From: Tubiluchus corallicola
Taxonomy: Eukaryota; Animalia; Priapulida
Direction of reading: 5' to 3'
Assembly (NCBI GenBank): GCA_030141605.1
Contig: JAQGDQ010002175.1
Coordinates: 1-11,570 of the forward strand
Length of the DNA: 11,570 nucleotides
Shown piece after piece: positions 9,237 through 11,570 of this stretch. Every line of letters begins with the position of its first letter. Position 1 is the stretch's first letter. Below the pieces are notes generated by a model. The model worked only from the letters and a program-made list of their open reading frames with translations. It did no database searches and had not been told where the DNA came from. Made by a program: the position numbers and the translations under genes.

Positions 9237-9359
9237 CTGAACATCAGCATCGTGATTGCAAAGAATAGATAAAACAGTGAGACCAAGCTGTAAGACAGAA
9301 ACACTAGGAGACTCCCGATATCGCTCTCGGTGTAACAACAAAACTACAGCTTGACCAAT
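9237..9359 (-). CDS. ATRIP: ATRIP-like exon
   Basis: Acceptor CTTTTTGCTTAG. 41 open codons, IGQAVVLLLHRERYRESPSVSVLQLGLTVLSILCNHDADVQ (compare ATRIP VVRALTVMLHRQW). Donor CAG|GTGTGT. Phases 0 to 0. Confidence 0.78.
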
Positions 9360-9488
9360 CTAAGCAAAAAGTGTCTTTGTTATCTTTATATTAAATACCA
9401 TGACGTAGCAAGGCTAAAAATATATATTTAAACTGGTAGCAACTATGCTACAATTTCACAGTGTAACTGTTGAATCACTAGCTCTACA

Positions 9489-9580
9489 CATCATTGTATT
9501 ACTGACATTTTTTGTAGGACACAAATTTACAACAGAGCAACTTTGGCATTGTGCTGTCAAATGTCAGTAATACAATGATG
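9489..9580. repeat. Perfect 22-bp inverted repeat with a 48-nt spacer
   Basis: CATCATTGTATTACTGACATTT (9489-9510) is the exact reverse complement of AAATGTCAGTAATACAATGATG (9559-9580). Confidence 0.95.
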
Positions 9581-9961
9581 GCTGCTGTGGAATTCTCACA
9601 ATTTAAAACCCTCATCTTATAGTTGCACTTCAAAACTATTGTTATGATTGTGATACCAAACTATTATTTTCTAGTGGAATATGTAAACAAGAGACAAAAA
9701 TATGCTTATACAAAAGTTCTATATTATCAGATTTTGTGAAACCTAGGGCCAACTCAGACTATTTGTGGTATTGTAAATGTCGCTTAATGTTAAACAATTT
9801 TTGCAAGAAAACATCTTATTTGGCTAATACATCTGAAAATAGTGGGTAAACAATTATAGCAAGTTAGCAAGCCAAATTACTAAACAGTATTAGAAAGATA
9901 TTCAGTAATACTAGCTGCTGCTAACAAGCAGGTGTAATCGAGTTTTATTAACTGTACTTAC

Positions 9962-10131
9962 TTCAGGACTACAGTATTGACAACCATTGTGAAGCAGAAA
10001 GTTTGGTGCAGTACAATGACTAAACAAAGTACTCGATAGAAACTCCAACACTAGTTGTGCAAATTCAGCACAATCCAAAGACTTTGTGGGGTTAATACAA
10101 CAACAATACAGTGCATGTAAACTGCAAGTAT
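9962..10131 (-). CDS. ATRIP: ATRIP-like exon
   Basis: Acceptor TTTTGTTTGCAG. Reads DTCSLHALYCCCINPTKSLDCAEFAQLVLEFLSSTLFSHCTAPNFLLHNGCQYCSPE. Donor GAA|GTAAGT. Phases 1 to 0. Ends like ATRIP CQCNVE. Lies within ORF 9911..10165. Confidence 0.8.
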
Positions 10132-10581
10132 CTGCAAACAAAATTAAAAACAGATCTGGTGGCAAAAAAAGAAAGAAGGGTAAAGCTACGTATTGTATTT
10201 TTAATAAGGCTGAATTAAGTATTTACAGTAGTTTACAGCAATAAATTTGGCGTGACCGACTAGTCACACACGTGCTTCACAACCAAAGTTTAGTGACATT
10301 CGCTCTGACAGTTTTCGTTTGCCATGCTGATTCTGGCTGTTTACCTCGCAAAGGAAGGATCATGTACATCTGAACATCGCTAAGATGTCGCTGCCGATTT
10401 AGTGGCTTATCTAACACGCTTAAGCTTGATAATGAGCCAGATTTCAGTCTTGCCACAAAACCCAACTTTGTGAAGGCTCTGCTACTAGGTGCTGGATATT
10501 CTTGTTTGCAGAGCATTGCAATGATAAAAAAACAAAAGAAACTATTTAAAAACTGCTAAAATAATGTGCAAAATATAAGAC

Positions 10582-10701
10582 TTTTGATGTCCTGCATCAA
10601 AAAATGTAAATCATGTCTTGCATCTTTAGCAAGGCATGAAAATTTCTTGAAATTTGAAGAAATTTTTACATGAAACAAAACTCATTTGCATTTCTTGCAA
10701 A
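10582..10701. repeat. Cluster of four short inverted repeats built on degenerate repeat units
   Basis: Stems at 10582-89/10595-602 (8 bp), 10611-21/10629-39 (11 bp, one G-U), 10639-48/10657-66 (10 bp) and 10685-90/10696-701 (6 bp). Confidence 0.75.
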
Positions 10702-10801
10702 CAAACTTGGACAAATAAAAACTGGAAACATTAAAACAATTGTGATCAATAAATGATTAGATGCACATCATTAAATAAGTTTTCATTTTTTACACTAGTA
10801 C

Positions 10802-10944
10802 CTGATTTGTTGCACACTGCAGTTAGAGCTGCCTCTGATGCTGCTAGTCCTGTCAAAAGCTGTACTGTCTGAAAGATGATTTCAGTATGGCCGTCGATGT
10901 TGAGGCACGAACACAATGTTCCACCTGCTAATATGGGAGTCAGT
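10802..10944 (-). CDS. ATRIP: ATRIP-like (ATR-interacting protein) exon
   Basis: Minus-strand acceptor TTTTTGCTGCAG. Reads LTPILAGGTLCSCLNIDGHTEIIFQTVQLLTGLAASEAALTAVCNKS(D). Donor CAG|GTACTA. Phases 2 to 1. Resembles the recalled ATRIP segment VLPKCL...VELLSLLA...LCSHS. Confidence 0.75.
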
Positions 10945-11570
10945 CTGCAGCAAAAATTAATGTTCTATAGACATTGATGTAGATCAAAGGCAAACTACTC
11001 AATTCAAAAATATAAACATGGCATTATGCTATACTTTAACTAAGAACCCTGCAAGTTTCATTCGATATGTATCAACAAATACATGCTGTTCCGTCAATAT
11101 ACTTAGTAGCTACAATTTTCATAGTTAAACAACTCATTAGTCGCATATAATTTGAAAACAAAATCGTTAATCAATGTTGGAAATAACCGACAATTTAATG
11201 ATTTTTTGAGGCAATAAGCAGAAAAAAGAAATGCTGAAAAACGTACCTGAAGCAAGATTTCAACTAAGGTTTCTGAGATACAAGCAAACTAGACCAGTCA
11301 GTTCTCTGTGATGAAGACAATTTCTCATTAAGTAGAAATTAATCCCAACAAGATGTGGAAGAAATTACTTCATTCTGAACCAGGTTTAGTCACAGAGCAG
11401 TCTCCTCATCTAAGGCAATGAGATTGAAACTCACAAAGTTTCTGGTACAAATCCAGCATCAGGTTCATTTTTTTCACACCTGAGTGCACTTATGGTCTAC
11501 ATGTAAGACATTATAGGTATGTGGTTTAAATCTAGATTCAGGTTTGATTTTCACATTTTTTCTGTCTGCA

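Noticed and set aside
9399-9413. 15-nt candidate - strand microexon (TTTTTAG|CCTTGCTACGTCATG|GTATTT)
   Set aside because: It is not needed: the flanking exons join directly and match the expected CQ.C..E/(V/I)..A spacing, and an insertion would break it.

Overview
AT-rich eukaryotic genomic DNA, most likely from an invertebrate animal, holding the 3' ends of two convergent intron-containing genes. On the + strand, eight phase-compatible GT-AG exons (1-112, 333-421, 794-926, 1137-1321, 2888-3064, 4305-4393, 5684-5799, 7245-7303) encode the C-terminal part of a MOV10-type (UPF1-like SF1) RNA helicase. On the - strand, five phase-compatible exons (10944-10802, 10131-9962, 9359-9237, 8740-8650, 8418-8357) encode a C-terminus resembling ATRIP. 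The most striking observation is the MOV10 terminus, EEPQ-TAG-RDEA-TAG: an amber codon sits where the Trp of the MOV10 EPEWRNEL-type tail is expected. This could be a nonsense allele, readthrough or A-to-I recoding. The same terminal exon starts with a near-consensus donor (AG|GTAAGC) and has a strong acceptor 114 nt later, so it could be spliced out recursively or alternatively. The introns contain a perfect 22-bp inverted repeat, a four-hairpin cluster, a 25-bp tandem duplication and degenerate MITE-like ends. Homolog comparisons are from memory, not from searches. Most supplied ORFs are spurious or only overlap true exons.
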